Virus record (IMG/VR): IMGVR_UViG_2773857985_000001
Coordinates: 17,890 to 81,889 of that record
DNA length: 64,000 bases
Strand: one strand, 5' to 3'
DNA from: a virus
Taxonomy: Duplodnaviria > Caudoviricetes
Part shown: in pieces, positions 1-9,624 of the stretch
How the letters are laid out: each line of letters begins with the position of its first letter
Numbering within the stretch: position 1 is the stretch's first letter
Made by a program: the position numbers and the translations under genes
The notes under the pieces: model-generated
Databases searched by the model: none
The model's input: the letters and a program-made list of their open reading frames with translations, nothing else
What the model was told of the DNA's origin: nothing

Positions 1-361
1 TGGCGCTGGCGTCCTCGACGAACGCGTTCCACTCCTCGAGCGTCGGGTCGATGTCGAGGTAGAACTCGTAGTCGTCCGGGTGGAGGATCTTCTGCGCGAA
101 GGTGTCGATCTGCCCCTGGTTGAGGGCGCGTGTCCAGGAGGCCCGCCACATCGACGGCGGCACCACCTGCACGTCCTCGCCGCACAGGTCAGCGGTGACG
201 TAGCCGTCGGCTTCGATCTCCTGCGCTTCGGCAGCCGACACTTCAACGTCATCGGTCTCCGGCTCCACGTCCGGCTCGACCGCCCGCCGGGTGGCGGGGC
301 GGGATGCGGCACGGGCCGCAGTGCGCGGCTTCCTGCTGGTGCTCTTGCTCGTGGTGGCCAC
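1..361 (-). CDS. Tail assembly chaperone (partial, runs off window)
   Basis: GTG at 361 after AAGGAG; reads VATTSKSTSRKPR...AQEIEADGYVTADLCGEDVQVVPPSMWRASW...; directly follows major tail gene. Confidence 0.75.
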   Translation of the reverse strand, partial: MATTSKSTSRKPRTAARAASRPATRRAVEPDVEPETDDVEVSAAEAQEIEADGYVTADLCGEDVQVVPPSMWRASWTRALNQGQIDTFAQKILHPDDYEFYLDIDPTLEEWNAFVEDASA

Positions 362-408
362 GGCGCGGGCTCCTTCATGTCAGGGCGCGGGCAAGGATGG
401 TGGTGAAG

Positions 409-451
409 GTGGGCGGGCCGGGCCCGCGCCGACGGTGATCGGCCCGCCCAC
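409..451 (-). terminator. Stem-loop after major tail gene
   Basis: Inverted repeat GTGGGCGGGCCG...CGGCCCGCCCAC just downstream of the stop at 456. Confidence 0.55.
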
Positions 452-455
452 CAGC

Positions 456-1043
456 TCAGGACCCGGTGTACGCCTCGGTCTCAGGCACCCGGTCGAAGTG
501 ATAGACCGTGTTCCCGGCGAGGTCCGGGTAGGCGGTGATCGTCCACTCGTAGCCGGCGACCTCAGACTGCTGGTGATTTACGTCCGACCGCTCCGTGATC
601 TCCCCCTCCGGCACGTAGAAGCCGCGCTGGAAGTTGTCGCCGTCGAGGACGATGAACCAGAACGCCCTGCGGTCCGGCTCCGGGGACGCGGTCTCCGCGA
701 ACGACGTGAGACCGTCGACCGGGGTCAGGTCCGCCGAGTCGAGTCGGTACTGCAGGGCCTGCACGGTCGTCCGTCCGGTCTCCCACACCGTCAGCCCGAA
801 CGTCCGCAGCGAGCTGGTGATGGTGGTGCGGATCGGCGCCGTGTACCCCCACGGCGTGAACGACTCCGAGTCCTCCTCGAAGCCCTGCACCAGACCGTCG
901 TCGCTGATGGCGCCGAGCGGCAGCCACGGGCCCACCGGCTGAATCGCCGGATCCCCGGGCGACGACGTGCCCAGCGGCGCCGTCCAGCCGGCCCCGTTCG
1001 CGCCGACCTCCAGCAGATCCGCAGCGCGGGTGATGTTGACCAT
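456..1043 (-). CDS. Major tail (tube) protein
   Basis: ATG 1043 with GGAG RBS; LGAISDDGLVQG...WG...IRT, ITERSDV...GYEWTITAYP features of actinophage tail tubes; synteny. Confidence 0.9.
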   Translation of the reverse strand: MVNITRAADLLEVGANGAGWTAPLGTSSPGDPAIQPVGPWLPLGAISDDGLVQGFEEDSESFTPWGYTAPIRTTITSSLRTFGLTVWETGRTTVQALQYRLDSADLTPVDGLTSFAETASPEPDRRAFWFIVLDGDNFQRGFYVPEGEITERSDVNHQQSEVAGYEWTITAYPDLAGNTVYHFDRVPETEAYTGS

Positions 1044-1117
1044 GATGTCTCCAGACATGCGTGAAGCCCGCGCACGGGCGGGTGGTGAAAGGGGCCTGGC
1101 GCGGGCCGAACAGCCGG

Positions 1118-1510
1118 TCAGGAAACCGGGTGACAGAAGATCTCGAAGGTGCCGCCGACGCGGCGCAGGGCGGTGTTCTCGTAGGGCCGGGCGGCGGGCA
1201 GGGTGACGACATCGGCGCGGCCGATGGTCAGCGTGCTGGTGGTCGAGCCACGCAGCTCCCGCTCCACCCAAGCGACGGTCTCGCGGGCCAGGTCGAACGC
1301 CGCCTGGCGGGTGGCCGCGTACACGTCGATGTCGACGAGCATCCGCGCCAGCCGGCTGGCCGCAAGGTCACCGCCCGGGACCTGCGTGATCTGGATCGTC
1401 GGCAGCTCGTCCAACAGGCTGTTGTCCAACTCGTCGCGGACCACAGCGGCGGGCCAGCGGGCCTGAGCCCGAGGAATCAGTTCGCCCTCGATGTCAACGA
1501 CGACGATCAC
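1118..1510 (-). CDS. Tail terminator / tail completion protein
   Basis: GTGA overlap at 1507-1510; VDIDVYAATRQAAFDLA motif; position before major tail. Confidence 0.8.
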   Translation of the reverse strand: MIVVVDIEGELIPRAQARWPAAVVRDELDNSLLDELPTIQITQVPGGDLAASRLARMLVDIDVYAATRQAAFDLARETVAWVERELRGSTTSTLTIGRADVVTLPAARPYENTALRRVGGTFEIFCHPVS

Positions 1511-1836
1511 TGGTTCCGCCCACCGATCTGCGCGGCCCGCAGCAGCACGTGGTGGGCGGTGACTTTCTCGGTGCCGTACTCCACCCAGCGGGCGTAGTAG
1601 GCGGTGTTGCGAACGTAGCCGACAGCGCGGTCTCGGCGTCGGCCGCCGCGCCTCGTGCTGTCCGTCTCCCACGACTCCTTGTAGTGCCCCGGGTCAGGAC
1701 TGTTCTGGTCGACCGGGGAGAGGGCGACGGCGACGCTCTTGATGACCTCCGCGCGGCGCAGCATCTCCGCTTCCATGCCGGGCATGCGCAGCATCTGCCC
1801 GATGCCCTTCCGCTTCGGCTTGAACCTGGCAGCCAC
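1507..1836 (-). CDS. HK97 gp10-like neck/minor tail protein
   Basis: SPVD...GHYKESW...NTAYYARWVEYGT motif. Confidence 0.8.
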   Translation of the reverse strand: MAARFKPKRKGIGQMLRMPGMEAEMLRRAEVIKSVAVALSPVDQNSPDPGHYKESWETDSTRRGGRRRDRAVGYVRNTAYYARWVEYGTEKVTAHHVLLRAAQIGGRNQ

Positions 1837-1851
1837 CAGTACCTCCCTCGG

Positions 1852-2223
1852 TCAGCCGGTGACGCGGTCGGCGGCGAACTGGATGACGCCGCGGGTGCCG
1901 GTGAACGGGGACCGTCCCCAGTCGCCGGGTTCGCCAGTGATGTCGCAGTCGACACCGCGGATCCGGGCCTTGTCCGTAGTGCGCAGCGGCATGCCGGGCT
2001 GGTCGGCGGGCGCGTACACGGTCCAGCCGACGATGACCGTGTCCCGCTCCTGCTGCTCCGGGCCGCCCACCTGCGGCGTCTCCGCACGCGGCGTCACCAC
2101 ACAGCCCGGTAGGTCGAACGACTCATCGGGCCCAGGCAGCGGCTGGCCACGAGGATCCCGGCCTGGCGACTGGCCGGTGCGGACGATCCGCACGGTCTCC
2201 CCGAACGGGTACGGCGCCGGCAT
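1852..2223 (-). CDS. Head-to-tail stopper
   Basis: GETVRIVR...D.RG...; ITGEPGDW.SPFTG motif; synteny. Confidence 0.8.
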   Translation of the reverse strand: MPAPYPFGETVRIVRTGQSPGRDPRGQPLPGPDESFDLPGCVVTPRAETPQVGGPEQQERDTVIVGWTVYAPADQPGMPLRTTDKARIRGVDCDITGEPGDWGRSPFTGTRGVIQFAADRVTG

Positions 2224-2636
2224 CAGGAGTACCCCCAGCCCGGTTCGAACTCGTCGGCGAAGCCCATGTCGTCGATCGGCCACGTTGGCGACGGATCAGC
2301 CGTCTCCGGAGTCGGATCGATCGTGAACGCCCCACCCCGGCCCGCCAGCGACTTCAGCGCCGACTTGTCGGCCTTCGTCAGGTACAGGCCGCCAGACCCC
2401 TGGGGGCGCTGCACCGACATCGGGCCGATCGTCTCGTAGCTCACCTGCTGCGGGTTGACGTAGGCGCGGCCCGCCACCGACAGGACGACCGCCTCCGCAC
2501 CCTCAGGGAGCGGTTTCACGACCGTCTGACACAGCGACGCCGCCGTCGAGAGCAGCAGGTCAGCGCGCGCACCGTCGATCTCACCCATGCCCAGGTATAG
2601 GCCGAGCTGCTCGGCGGTCGGAGGGACGAATGCCAT
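2223..2636 (-). CDS. Head-to-tail adaptor
   Basis: RAYVNPQQVSYETIGPMS...GGLYLT motif typical of actinophage adaptors. Confidence 0.85.
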   Translation of the reverse strand: MAFVPPTAEQLGLYLGMGEIDGARADLLLSTAASLCQTVVKPLPEGAEAVVLSVAGRAYVNPQQVSYETIGPMSVQRPQGSGGLYLTKADKSALKSLAGRGGAFTIDPTPETADPSPTWPIDDMGFADEFEPGWGYS

Positions 2637-2646
2637 AACACCCTCC

Positions 2647-3678
2647 TCAAGCCAGAGACTCCACAGCCGAACACCACGCCGCCAGATCGGCGGCAGGATC
2701 CAGTTCGGCAGACCGGGCCCGCGCCCGCTTCGACGCCAGCCGGAACTCGGCAGGCTGCATCAACTTCCGCAGCACCGCCTCGTAGCCGTCGACATCGTTC
2801 CGGTCCACGAAGATCCCGGCCTCACCGAGGGACTCGCACAGCCCCGGGGTGGGGTGCGCGACGACCGGGATACCGGAGGCCAACGCCTCGCAGCCGGCAC
2901 GGCCCCACGACTCGTAGGACGACGGCATCAGCAGCACCCGAGTGCGGGCATACACCCGATCTCGCATGTCCTCGCCGCGGACGTGGTCGACGACCTCGAC
3001 GTTGGGCAAGTCCGGGAGGATCTGCTCCCCGTAGGCGCCCCGCACTGCCAGGAACTGCTGATCCGGCATCCGCTCGGCGAGGGCTCGAAGAACCTTGCCG
3101 CCCTTCTCCGGGTTGCAGTTGATCAGCGTGATGGCCTTGCCGGGCTTCGTCGCATACTCGGCGGCGAACACCGGAGGCCGCACGATCAGCGACTCGGCCG
3201 GGCGGACGGCCTTCGGGTACTCGGCGAAGAACAGCTCCGCCTCACGGGCCATCCACCGGCTGTTGTAGACCGCCAGTGCCGTCCCGCCCGCCGCAGCATC
3301 GCGGAAGGTGGGCCGGTGCGTGTTGTGGCAGACCACCACCAGCGGCTTGCCGTAGCCGCGGGCCAACGACGCCGTCGACGGCACCGTCTCCAGATGCGCC
3401 ACCAGCACATCCGCCCGGCGCACCGCAGTCGGAAAGTCCAGCCGCGACTCCAACGGGACGACATGGATGCCGCGGTACTCGTACTCCTGGTGGGCCTTGC
3501 CGTAGCGGGACAGCCACACCTGCACATCGTGGCCACGCTCCACCAGCGGACGCAGCATCGACACAAGCATGTGCTCGGCGCCCGCATTGTGCTCCGGCGG
3601 CATCGCATGGAAGCGGGCCACGACCTTCAGGGGCTTGGCTGCCCCGCCCGGCGCGGAAGCCGAGACAGCCCTGCTCAT
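2647..3678 (-). CDS. Glycosyltransferase, GT-B fold (family 4-like)
   Basis: AGAE N-terminal motif, KGG, and MPSSYESWGRAGCEALASGIPVV (E-X7-E); TGATG-coupled to capsid stop. Confidence 0.9.
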   Translation of the reverse strand: MSRAVSASAPGGAAKPLKVVARFHAMPPEHNAGAEHMLVSMLRPLVERGHDVQVWLSRYGKAHQEYEYRGIHVVPLESRLDFPTAVRRADVLVAHLETVPSTASLARGYGKPLVVVCHNTHRPTFRDAAAGGTALAVYNSRWMAREAELFFAEYPKAVRPAESLIVRPPVFAAEYATKPGKAITLINCNPEKGGKVLRALAERMPDQQFLAVRGAYGEQILPDLPNVEVVDHVRGEDMRDRVYARTRVLLMPSSYESWGRAGCEALASGIPVVAHPTPGLCESLGEAGIFVDRNDVDGYEAVLRKLMQPAEFRLASKRARARSAELDPAADLAAWCSAVESLA

Positions 3679-4637
3679 CAGGCGCTACCGGACGGCGTGC
3701 CCGTGTACTTGACGAACGCGTCGACGTCACCGAGGACGAAGCCGTAGTACGCCTCCGCCAGGATCAGCACCAGGTTCTCCTGGAACGCCGAGTGGACGCC
3801 GCCCTCCTCGTCGACGTAGGTGGCCTGGTCGGAGATCCGCACCGTGATGTCCATGCCCACGCCGTAGGCGGCCTGCGACCAGTCGCCGCCAATCGCCCGC
3901 AGCCCCGAGTCCACCGATGCCGACTGCCGGCGCTGCTTGCCCGACACGGACCGCGAGTAGGCGAGCGGCTCACCGATCAGCGTGCCCGCCGCCGCCATGT
4001 TCGTGCCCGGCGTCTGCGTGTCCACGAGGATCGGACGGCCCGTGGTGTCCGTCGCCAGCAGCAGCGACGGCTTCAGCCGGTGGTCCGCCACGGTGCCGGT
4101 GTAGTCCCAGTCGGAGTCGACGACCTCGGCCATGCCGTTGACGAAGTCGGCCCAGATGCCGCCCTGCGCCTGGGTGGCCGTGCCCAGCGCCACCGAGTTG
4201 GTGGTGGCGGCGAGGTACTCGGTGAACGGGCCTGCCGCGCCCTTCATGGTCTTGCCGTGGATCGTCGCGTGGTCGAAGGCGCGGGCGAACGCGGTCGGCA
4301 GATCCTTCTGCAGCTGGTCGTACAGGCCGCCCGCGTTGGTCTTCGCGACCTCCATGGCGACCGGGATGAGCACGGCGACCTTCTTCGCCTGCATCTGCTT
4401 GACGTCCACGCCGCCGGTCGACAGGGGCTTCTTGGCCGCCTGGCCGACCCAGTCGGCGACCGGGACGTCCATCGGGATCGGCACCGAAGTGGTGGCGTCC
4501 AGGGCGAGCGGCGCCGGGCGTGCCAGCTGCATGACCGCGGACGCTTCGACGGACTTCTCGAAGATCGGCGCGGTGATCGTGCGGGGCAGGAGCGCGCCGT
4601 CCACGTTGGACAGCGTCAGGGGGGCGGTGACCGCCAT
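3678..4637 (-). CDS. Major capsid protein (HK97 fold)
   Basis: 319 aa; ADWVGQ...KP, KKVAVLIPV, FQENLVLILAEAYYGF; follows scaffold. Confidence 0.95.
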   Translation of the reverse strand: MAVTAPLTLSNVDGALLPRTITAPIFEKSVEASAVMQLARPAPLALDATTSVPIPMDVPVADWVGQAAKKPLSTGGVDVKQMQAKKVAVLIPVAMEVAKTNAGGLYDQLQKDLPTAFARAFDHATIHGKTMKGAAGPFTEYLAATTNSVALGTATQAQGGIWADFVNGMAEVVDSDWDYTGTVADHRLKPSLLLATDTTGRPILVDTQTPGTNMAAAGTLIGEPLAYSRSVSGKQRRQSASVDSGLRAIGGDWSQAAYGVGMDITVRISDQATYVDEEGGVHSAFQENLVLILAEAYYGFVLGDVDAFVKYTGTPSGSA

Positions 4638-4656
4638 GATGTCTCTTCTCCCGAAG

Positions 4657-5307
4657 CTACGTGAGCTTCGAACTCAGCCACCCGGCGAACTCGTCGCGAG
4701 GGTTGGGGGCCTGCTTCTTGTTGGCACCGGATGCCTGTGTGCGGTCCGGTGCGGGTCGCCGCGGGCCCTCCGGGGGCTGGGTCTTCGCCCAGTGCGGCTT
4801 GCGCTCCAACAGCGCCTGGAGATCCGCCTCGATGGCGGACTCGTTGATGTCGCCCGAGTCGTCGATGTACGAGTCCAGATCGAGCTCGCCGAACGCGTCA
4901 GCCGGATCGGCGAACGCCGCCCGGCCCTCGGTGGCCGTGCCGGCGAGCGCCTGCACCTGGCTGCGGACCAGTCGCTGCCGGGTCTTCGCGATCTGATCCT
5001 GCGCGGCAGTGAGCTGCTCGTTGAGGCGTTCGGACTCGGAGAGTTCCGCGTCCTTGCGCTTCTGCAGCTCGGCGAGCAGAGGCTCCTGCTCCTTCAGGCG
5101 CTTGCGGAGGTTCGCGGCCTCTGAGTTCGCCTTCCGGATCTTCGCCTCGGCCTGCTTCCGGTCGAACGGCTTCTCCTCGCTGCTGGTGTCCGCCTCCTGG
5201 GCGGTCTCCTGCTGCTCGGTGCCGCTCTCCTCGGTGGCCGTCTCGTCGACGGTCTCCTCAGTGCCGGAGTCGGTCTGCTGCTCGGTCGTCTCGGTCTCTT
5301 CGGGCAT
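4657..5307 (-). CDS. Scaffolding protein
   Basis: Acidic N-terminus, KANSEAANLRKRLKE coiled coil, LLERKPHWA; position before capsid. Confidence 0.9.
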   Translation of the reverse strand: MPEETETTEQQTDSGTEETVDETATEESGTEQQETAQEADTSSEEKPFDRKQAEAKIRKANSEAANLRKRLKEQEPLLAELQKRKDAELSESERLNEQLTAAQDQIAKTRQRLVRSQVQALAGTATEGRAAFADPADAFGELDLDSYIDDSGDINESAIEADLQALLERKPHWAKTQPPEGPRRPAPDRTQASGANKKQAPNPRDEFAGWLSSKLT

Positions 5308-5369
5308 GACGAATCGGCCCTCCAGGGGCTGTCGAAAAGGGGAAGGCCGCCACCAGGGCGACCCGTTGA

Positions 5370-6185
5370 TCAGTGAGATCCGGGAAGCGGATACTCGTCG
5401 TGCTCCGCCAGCGCACGCCTGAACAGGCGCAACTGGTCTCCCGGATGACCTTGCGCGTACTCGCGATAGATCTCATCCCAGCGAGCCGCATGCGGCGACA
5501 ACTGGAAGCGCTGGCCGCGGAAGACCGGCAGGATTCCGCAGTGGCAGTTGTTGTGGAACTTCACCACCGACGCGTCACCTGAGAACCGGTCATTCGCATC
5601 CCGACCTGCGGTTTCTGCCGTGGCATAGACCGACCCGCGGGATGCCATGAGCTTGCAGAAGGAGCAGGCGCCGAGCGCTGCCACCCGGGCATACGCCACA
5701 GCCTGCCGATCCTGCCGGACCGCCTGCCGGACCGTCTCCCGGCCCACATCAGCCACAAGACGCTGTGTGGCCATGTCTGCTTTTACGAACGCGGCCTCCA
5801 GTCGAACATCGAGGGGTTCCAGCTGTGCGGGCGTCGCCACGTCGGCGTCCCGGTCCCACACGTCCTTCGTGGCCCAGCGCATCGACGCATCCACCTGCTC
5901 GCCCGGCGGCGGATCAGCCAACCGTGCCGTGAACCCACCCGGCACATCAGCGTCTGCGCGCTGCCCGTCGTAAAAGTCCGCGGCAAGAGCCGCCGACACC
6001 TCCGCATACTGGCCCACCACAACGGCCACCGCCTCAATCCACGGCGGCACCGTCGCCTGCAACCGGCGCGGATTGATCAGCCGCCGCAGCGTTCGCAAAT
6101 CCCGCAACAGCAGCGCTGTCAGGCCCTGCTGTGCAGACCGCCAACGCGCCGCGCCAGGCGAACTATCCGAGGTCGTCGACGCCAA
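5370..6185 (-). CDS. MuF-like minor capsid / capsid maturation protein
   Basis: YARV...ACSFCKLMASRG...FHNNCHC motif; between portal and scaffold. Confidence 0.8.
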   Translation of the reverse strand: MASTTSDSSPGAARWRSAQQGLTALLLRDLRTLRRLINPRRLQATVPPWIEAVAVVVGQYAEVSAALAADFYDGQRADADVPGGFTARLADPPPGEQVDASMRWATKDVWDRDADVATPAQLEPLDVRLEAAFVKADMATQRLVADVGRETVRQAVRQDRQAVAYARVAALGACSFCKLMASRGSVYATAETAGRDANDRFSGDASVVKFHNNCHCGILPVFRGQRFQLSPHAARWDEIYREYAQGHPGDQLRLFRRALAEHDEYPLPGSH

Positions 6186-7632
6186 CGTCGGCCTCCGACG
6201 GCTCCGTACTCGCCGTAGACGAGCCAGACCGAATCTCAGCGAAACGGTCCAGCAGTGCGCTGCTGGCCGCCCGGCCGACGCCGCGGCGCCGGTCCGCAGC
6301 GATCCGCTGCCGCTGCGGCTCCGTGAACCCAGCCATCTCCAGGGTGACGTCGGAGTCCGCGGGCAGTACCCCGGCCTGCACCAGCTTGACCGTGGCGTCC
6401 ACCTGGGCCGCTACCGTCGGTGTCGCAGGGTTCCGCCACACCGTCTCGATGCGGCGGGTCTTGTCCGGGGGTTCGCCGTCTCGGATCCACAGGGCGAGCC
6501 GCATGGCCTGCTGCCACCCGGCGCCGAACCGGCGGATACGCCGTTCGGCCTTCTTGACCTGCCGGTTGTCGGCGAAGCGGATCGCGTCCGCGGAGGCGGG
6601 GTTGTCGCTGCTGTAGCCGAGGACGTGCGGGGCCACCGACATCTGCGACGCCATGATCCTGGCGTACAGATCGATGATCTTCGTCATGCCGGTCGGATCG
6701 TGCGCAGCGAACTGGCCGACGTCCGGCACGTTGCCGTCCTCGTCCCGCTCCAACGCGAGCACACGACCGATGTACGTCTCCCAGGCGCTCTTAGCCGTAC
6801 CGTCCGCGTCCTGAAACGCCGACTCCGACGCGCCCAGAATGTAGCGCTGCGGGGCGCCGAAGAACTCGGCAGCCACCTCCATACCCATCAGCCGGCGGCA
6901 CGCCGCATCCGTGATCGACATAACCTCAGGAGTGATCTCCGACTTGCCGACCCGGTCTGCGGTCCGCTGCCGGTTCGCCAGACGCACGACCGGCACGACG
7001 CCGAGCCCGTGCATGTCCCGGTCGACGACCTCCCAGCCGCCAGACGCCGACGGCAGACACATCACCGTCTGATCCGGCAGATACAAGACCAGCATCCGCT
7101 CCTCAGGACCCGCCTCGATGTACGAGTCGGCGGCGCACTCTCGGAGCGCAGCCGTACCCATGCGCATGCGGGCATCCCACATCAGCGTCATGTCCAACGG
7201 CGACTCGGCGGTGATCAACGGCGGGCACTCGTCCGTTCCGCAACCACCCGACCCGACCGCCAGATACTCCCGGCCGTACACGAACGCGTCCAGGTGAGCC
7301 AGCGACGACTCGTCGAACAGGTCATTCGCCTCGGCGATCTCCGTCAGCTCACTGGAATTCGAGCCATCTGCCCACCGGAACGCCTCCAAGTCCAGGCGCT
7401 CCTCCAGCGACTCCACACCCACCCGCGGCCAGCCAATCACCGTATGCAGCCCTTTGAGCTGCGGCGGGATGGAGATGCCGAGGTCGCGGATCAGTTGCTC
7501 GCCGTTGAAGTAGGCGTCCCGGAGTTGCAGCGCGTACCGGTCCCGCAGCATGTCAGCCCGCAGCAGGTTGATCAGCGCCTGCTCCTCGTCCGAGAGATAC
7601 ACCAGCGGCAACTCAGGAATGGACAGGGTCAT
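6163..7632 (-). CDS. Portal protein (SPP1 gp6-like)
   Basis: ATG 7632; LGISIPPQL, GWPRVGV, GKSEIT, AEFFGAPQRYILG, NPASADAIR, WRNPATPT. Confidence 0.95.
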   Translation of the reverse strand: MTLSIPELPLVYLSDEEQALINLLRADMLRDRYALQLRDAYFNGEQLIRDLGISIPPQLKGLHTVIGWPRVGVESLEERLDLEAFRWADGSNSSELTEIAEANDLFDESSLAHLDAFVYGREYLAVGSGGCGTDECPPLITAESPLDMTLMWDARMRMGTAALRECAADSYIEAGPEERMLVLYLPDQTVMCLPSASGGWEVVDRDMHGLGVVPVVRLANRQRTADRVGKSEITPEVMSITDAACRRLMGMEVAAEFFGAPQRYILGASESAFQDADGTAKSAWETYIGRVLALERDEDGNVPDVGQFAAHDPTGMTKIIDLYARIMASQMSVAPHVLGYSSDNPASADAIRFADNRQVKKAERRIRRFGAGWQQAMRLALWIRDGEPPDKTRRIETVWRNPATPTVAAQVDATVKLVQAGVLPADSDVTLEMAGFTEPQRQRIAADRRRGVGRAASSALLDRFAEIRSGSSTASTEPSEADVGVDDLG

Positions 7633-9362
7633 CGCAGCACCACAACCCTCCCCTTGCCCGTAGCCTTCGAGCGCTTGGCCCACGCGGGCGAGTTCATGAC
7701 CATGCGACGCAGCATCCGGGCCCCGATCGCGCACACCACAAGGTCGATCTTTCGCGCCGACTCACGGTGCTCCTTGCCGATCGTGTAACCCCATGCGTTC
7801 GTCCGGCGTCGGGCGTTCGCGACGTGCTGTCGCAGAACCTTGTGTCCGTCATGCGGCACCTGCCGTTCCAAAACGTCCCGGTAGAAGCGGTCCACGGCCT
7901 CCGTGAACACCTGCTGGCGCCGACGGTCACCCATGTCCCACATCACCGCGTGCTGCCCATGCCCAGACGGCACTGCCTTCAGCTTCAGCCGCTTCCCATA
8001 CCGCTGAGCCCACGCGTCGACATAGCCATCCCAGTAGCGTTCTCCATCCGCATCGTCATATCCAGCGCCAGGGTCCGCGAAGAACGCCAGCGGCTTGTAC
8101 CGGGCGAACACCTGGTCCACCACGCCGTCGGCCTCCTCTCGCGGCACCCGATAGGGCACGTCCGATGGCCAGTTCGCCGGCCGCTGCCAGACCCCCAAAG
8201 TCCTCACGAACCCGTCTGACATCCGGCAGCCGACCAAGCCCGTAGCGTCGTCTGACTTGGAGCCATCGAAGAACAGGACGATCCCGTCGCCCTCTTCCAA
8301 AGCGAGGCCCTCATGCGGATTGGCATCCCATTCGTATGGCGCCAAGTAGGCGTCCTCGGCCGCCGCGATCTGGTTGAACCAGAACCGGCGCGACCTGCTG
8401 GGCGGGTTACGGATGTCGAGGATCGACGCCTTGAGCCGGTCCACGTCCAGCCACACCGAATCCCCGCGGACCGCCTTCAGCGTCGGCACGATCCACGCCT
8501 CGGTCAGCTTGGCCTCGGCCGGAGCCTCCAGCGAGTCGTAGAACAGTCCGGTGTCCGCCGCGCGCCCGGCCTCCGCCGACTCGAACGCCTCCCGGGTCCG
8601 CTCGGCGACGCTGTCCTCGCCGGGCTCGTAGGCGTTCGTGTTCGCCAGCGTCCGCGCTTGGCCATCCGCCGACTTGGTGGCGTTACGCTCGATTACCGCC
8701 GCCATCTCGTGCCCCTGATTCGACTCCACCCAGTGGTGCGTCTCCCCCAGCGAAACGAACGTCGGTCGGCCACCTTCCAGAGCACGCGGCGAGGACGTGA
8801 CCGCCTCGATCCGGGCCCGTCCCTTGTCGGCGTAGATGATCTCCTTGCCGAGGTCGATCCGGAACTCCTCGAGGGCCCGCTTAGTGAAGATGCTCGGGAA
8901 GAGCGTCATCGTGTTCCGCGTCTGGTCCTGCGACACCGCCGCGATCTGCACCCAGGCCGCCGGATGCTGCGTGCCGAGCGGCTGCCCCGCCCGGACACCC
9001 CACTCGTTGCCCTCGTCCGCAACCCCAGCGAGCCGGCACGGGCCGACGAACTCGAACGCCGACCACGTGGCGATCAGTGGGTCCTTGCCCCAGCCCTTCA
9101 GCCGCTGGATCACGCCGTCCCGCCAAAGGAACCGGTTCGTCTCCGGGTCCATCGCGTACCACCACAAGGTCAGGCGAGCTTGCTCGGGCGTGTACTGCCA
9201 GGCCTTCCCGACGTAGTGCTGCAGGTATGTCTTGGTCCAGGCGAGGCACTGCCAGCCCAGCGTGTACTCGGGCAGGATGAACTTTCCATCTGGGCCGCGC
9301 TTCCACGTCGGGCCGAGCGTGAAGGGTTCGACGACGTCGGGGACCTGCTCCTCAGCCTCCAT
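7629..9362 (-). CDS. Terminase large subunit
   Basis: Walker A QRLKGWGKDP, AAVSQDQT, FFDGSKSDDAT nuclease motif, KIDLVV. Confidence 0.96.
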   Translation of the reverse strand: MEAEEQVPDVVEPFTLGPTWKRGPDGKFILPEYTLGWQCLAWTKTYLQHYVGKAWQYTPEQARLTLWWYAMDPETNRFLWRDGVIQRLKGWGKDPLIATWSAFEFVGPCRLAGVADEGNEWGVRAGQPLGTQHPAAWVQIAAVSQDQTRNTMTLFPSIFTKRALEEFRIDLGKEIIYADKGRARIEAVTSSPRALEGGRPTFVSLGETHHWVESNQGHEMAAVIERNATKSADGQARTLANTNAYEPGEDSVAERTREAFESAEAGRAADTGLFYDSLEAPAEAKLTEAWIVPTLKAVRGDSVWLDVDRLKASILDIRNPPSRSRRFWFNQIAAAEDAYLAPYEWDANPHEGLALEEGDGIVLFFDGSKSDDATGLVGCRMSDGFVRTLGVWQRPANWPSDVPYRVPREEADGVVDQVFARYKPLAFFADPGAGYDDADGERYWDGYVDAWAQRYGKRLKLKAVPSGHGQHAVMWDMGDRRRQQVFTEAVDRFYRDVLERQVPHDGHKVLRQHVANARRRTNAWGYTIGKEHRESARKIDLVVCAIGARMLRRMVMNSPAWAKRSKATGKGRVVVLR

Positions 9363-9624
9363 CGCCGCGAATGTCGCGCAGCGGGGAGCGCCGCTTCAGC
9401 TCGTTGCGCAGAAGGCATGCCTCAATGTCGCCCCGATCCGGCCGATCGAAGAAGCCCCGCAGCCGAACCACAGCGAAGTCCCGGAGGCCCTCGATTCGCC
9501 TCAGCGAACCGGCGTACAGACACTGCTGTTGCGGGATGTCGTGAAGTCGGGCCCAGGCCTGCGCCTCGTCCTGGCTGCCCGCGCAGACGACGTACTTGAC
9601 CACGTCAGCCCCCTGCGATGTCAC
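9352..9624 (-). CDS. Hypothetical protein between terminase subunits
   Basis: 90-aa ORF filling the gap and overlapping both neighbours. Confidence 0.55.
   Translation of the reverse strand: MTSQGADVVKYVVCAGSQDEAQAWARLHDIPQQQCLYAGSLRRIEGLRDFAVVRLRGFFDRPDRGDIEACLLRNELKRRSPLRDIRGDGG

Noticed and set aside
1-361. Programmed frameshift in the tail chaperone
   Set aside because: The slippery site would be near the gene end, which lies outside the window.
8730-8760. Terminase Walker B reads LGETHHW instead of a DE pair
   Set aside because: Non-Asp variants such as NETHHW occur in this actinophage terminase group as I recall; not evidence of inactivation.
6073-9599. Long plus-strand ORFs opposite portal and terminase (also 44345-46117, 28078-29163, 13845-15332)
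   Set aside because: Antisense shadow frames expected from high GC3; no motifs, while the minus-strand genes are clearly recognisable.
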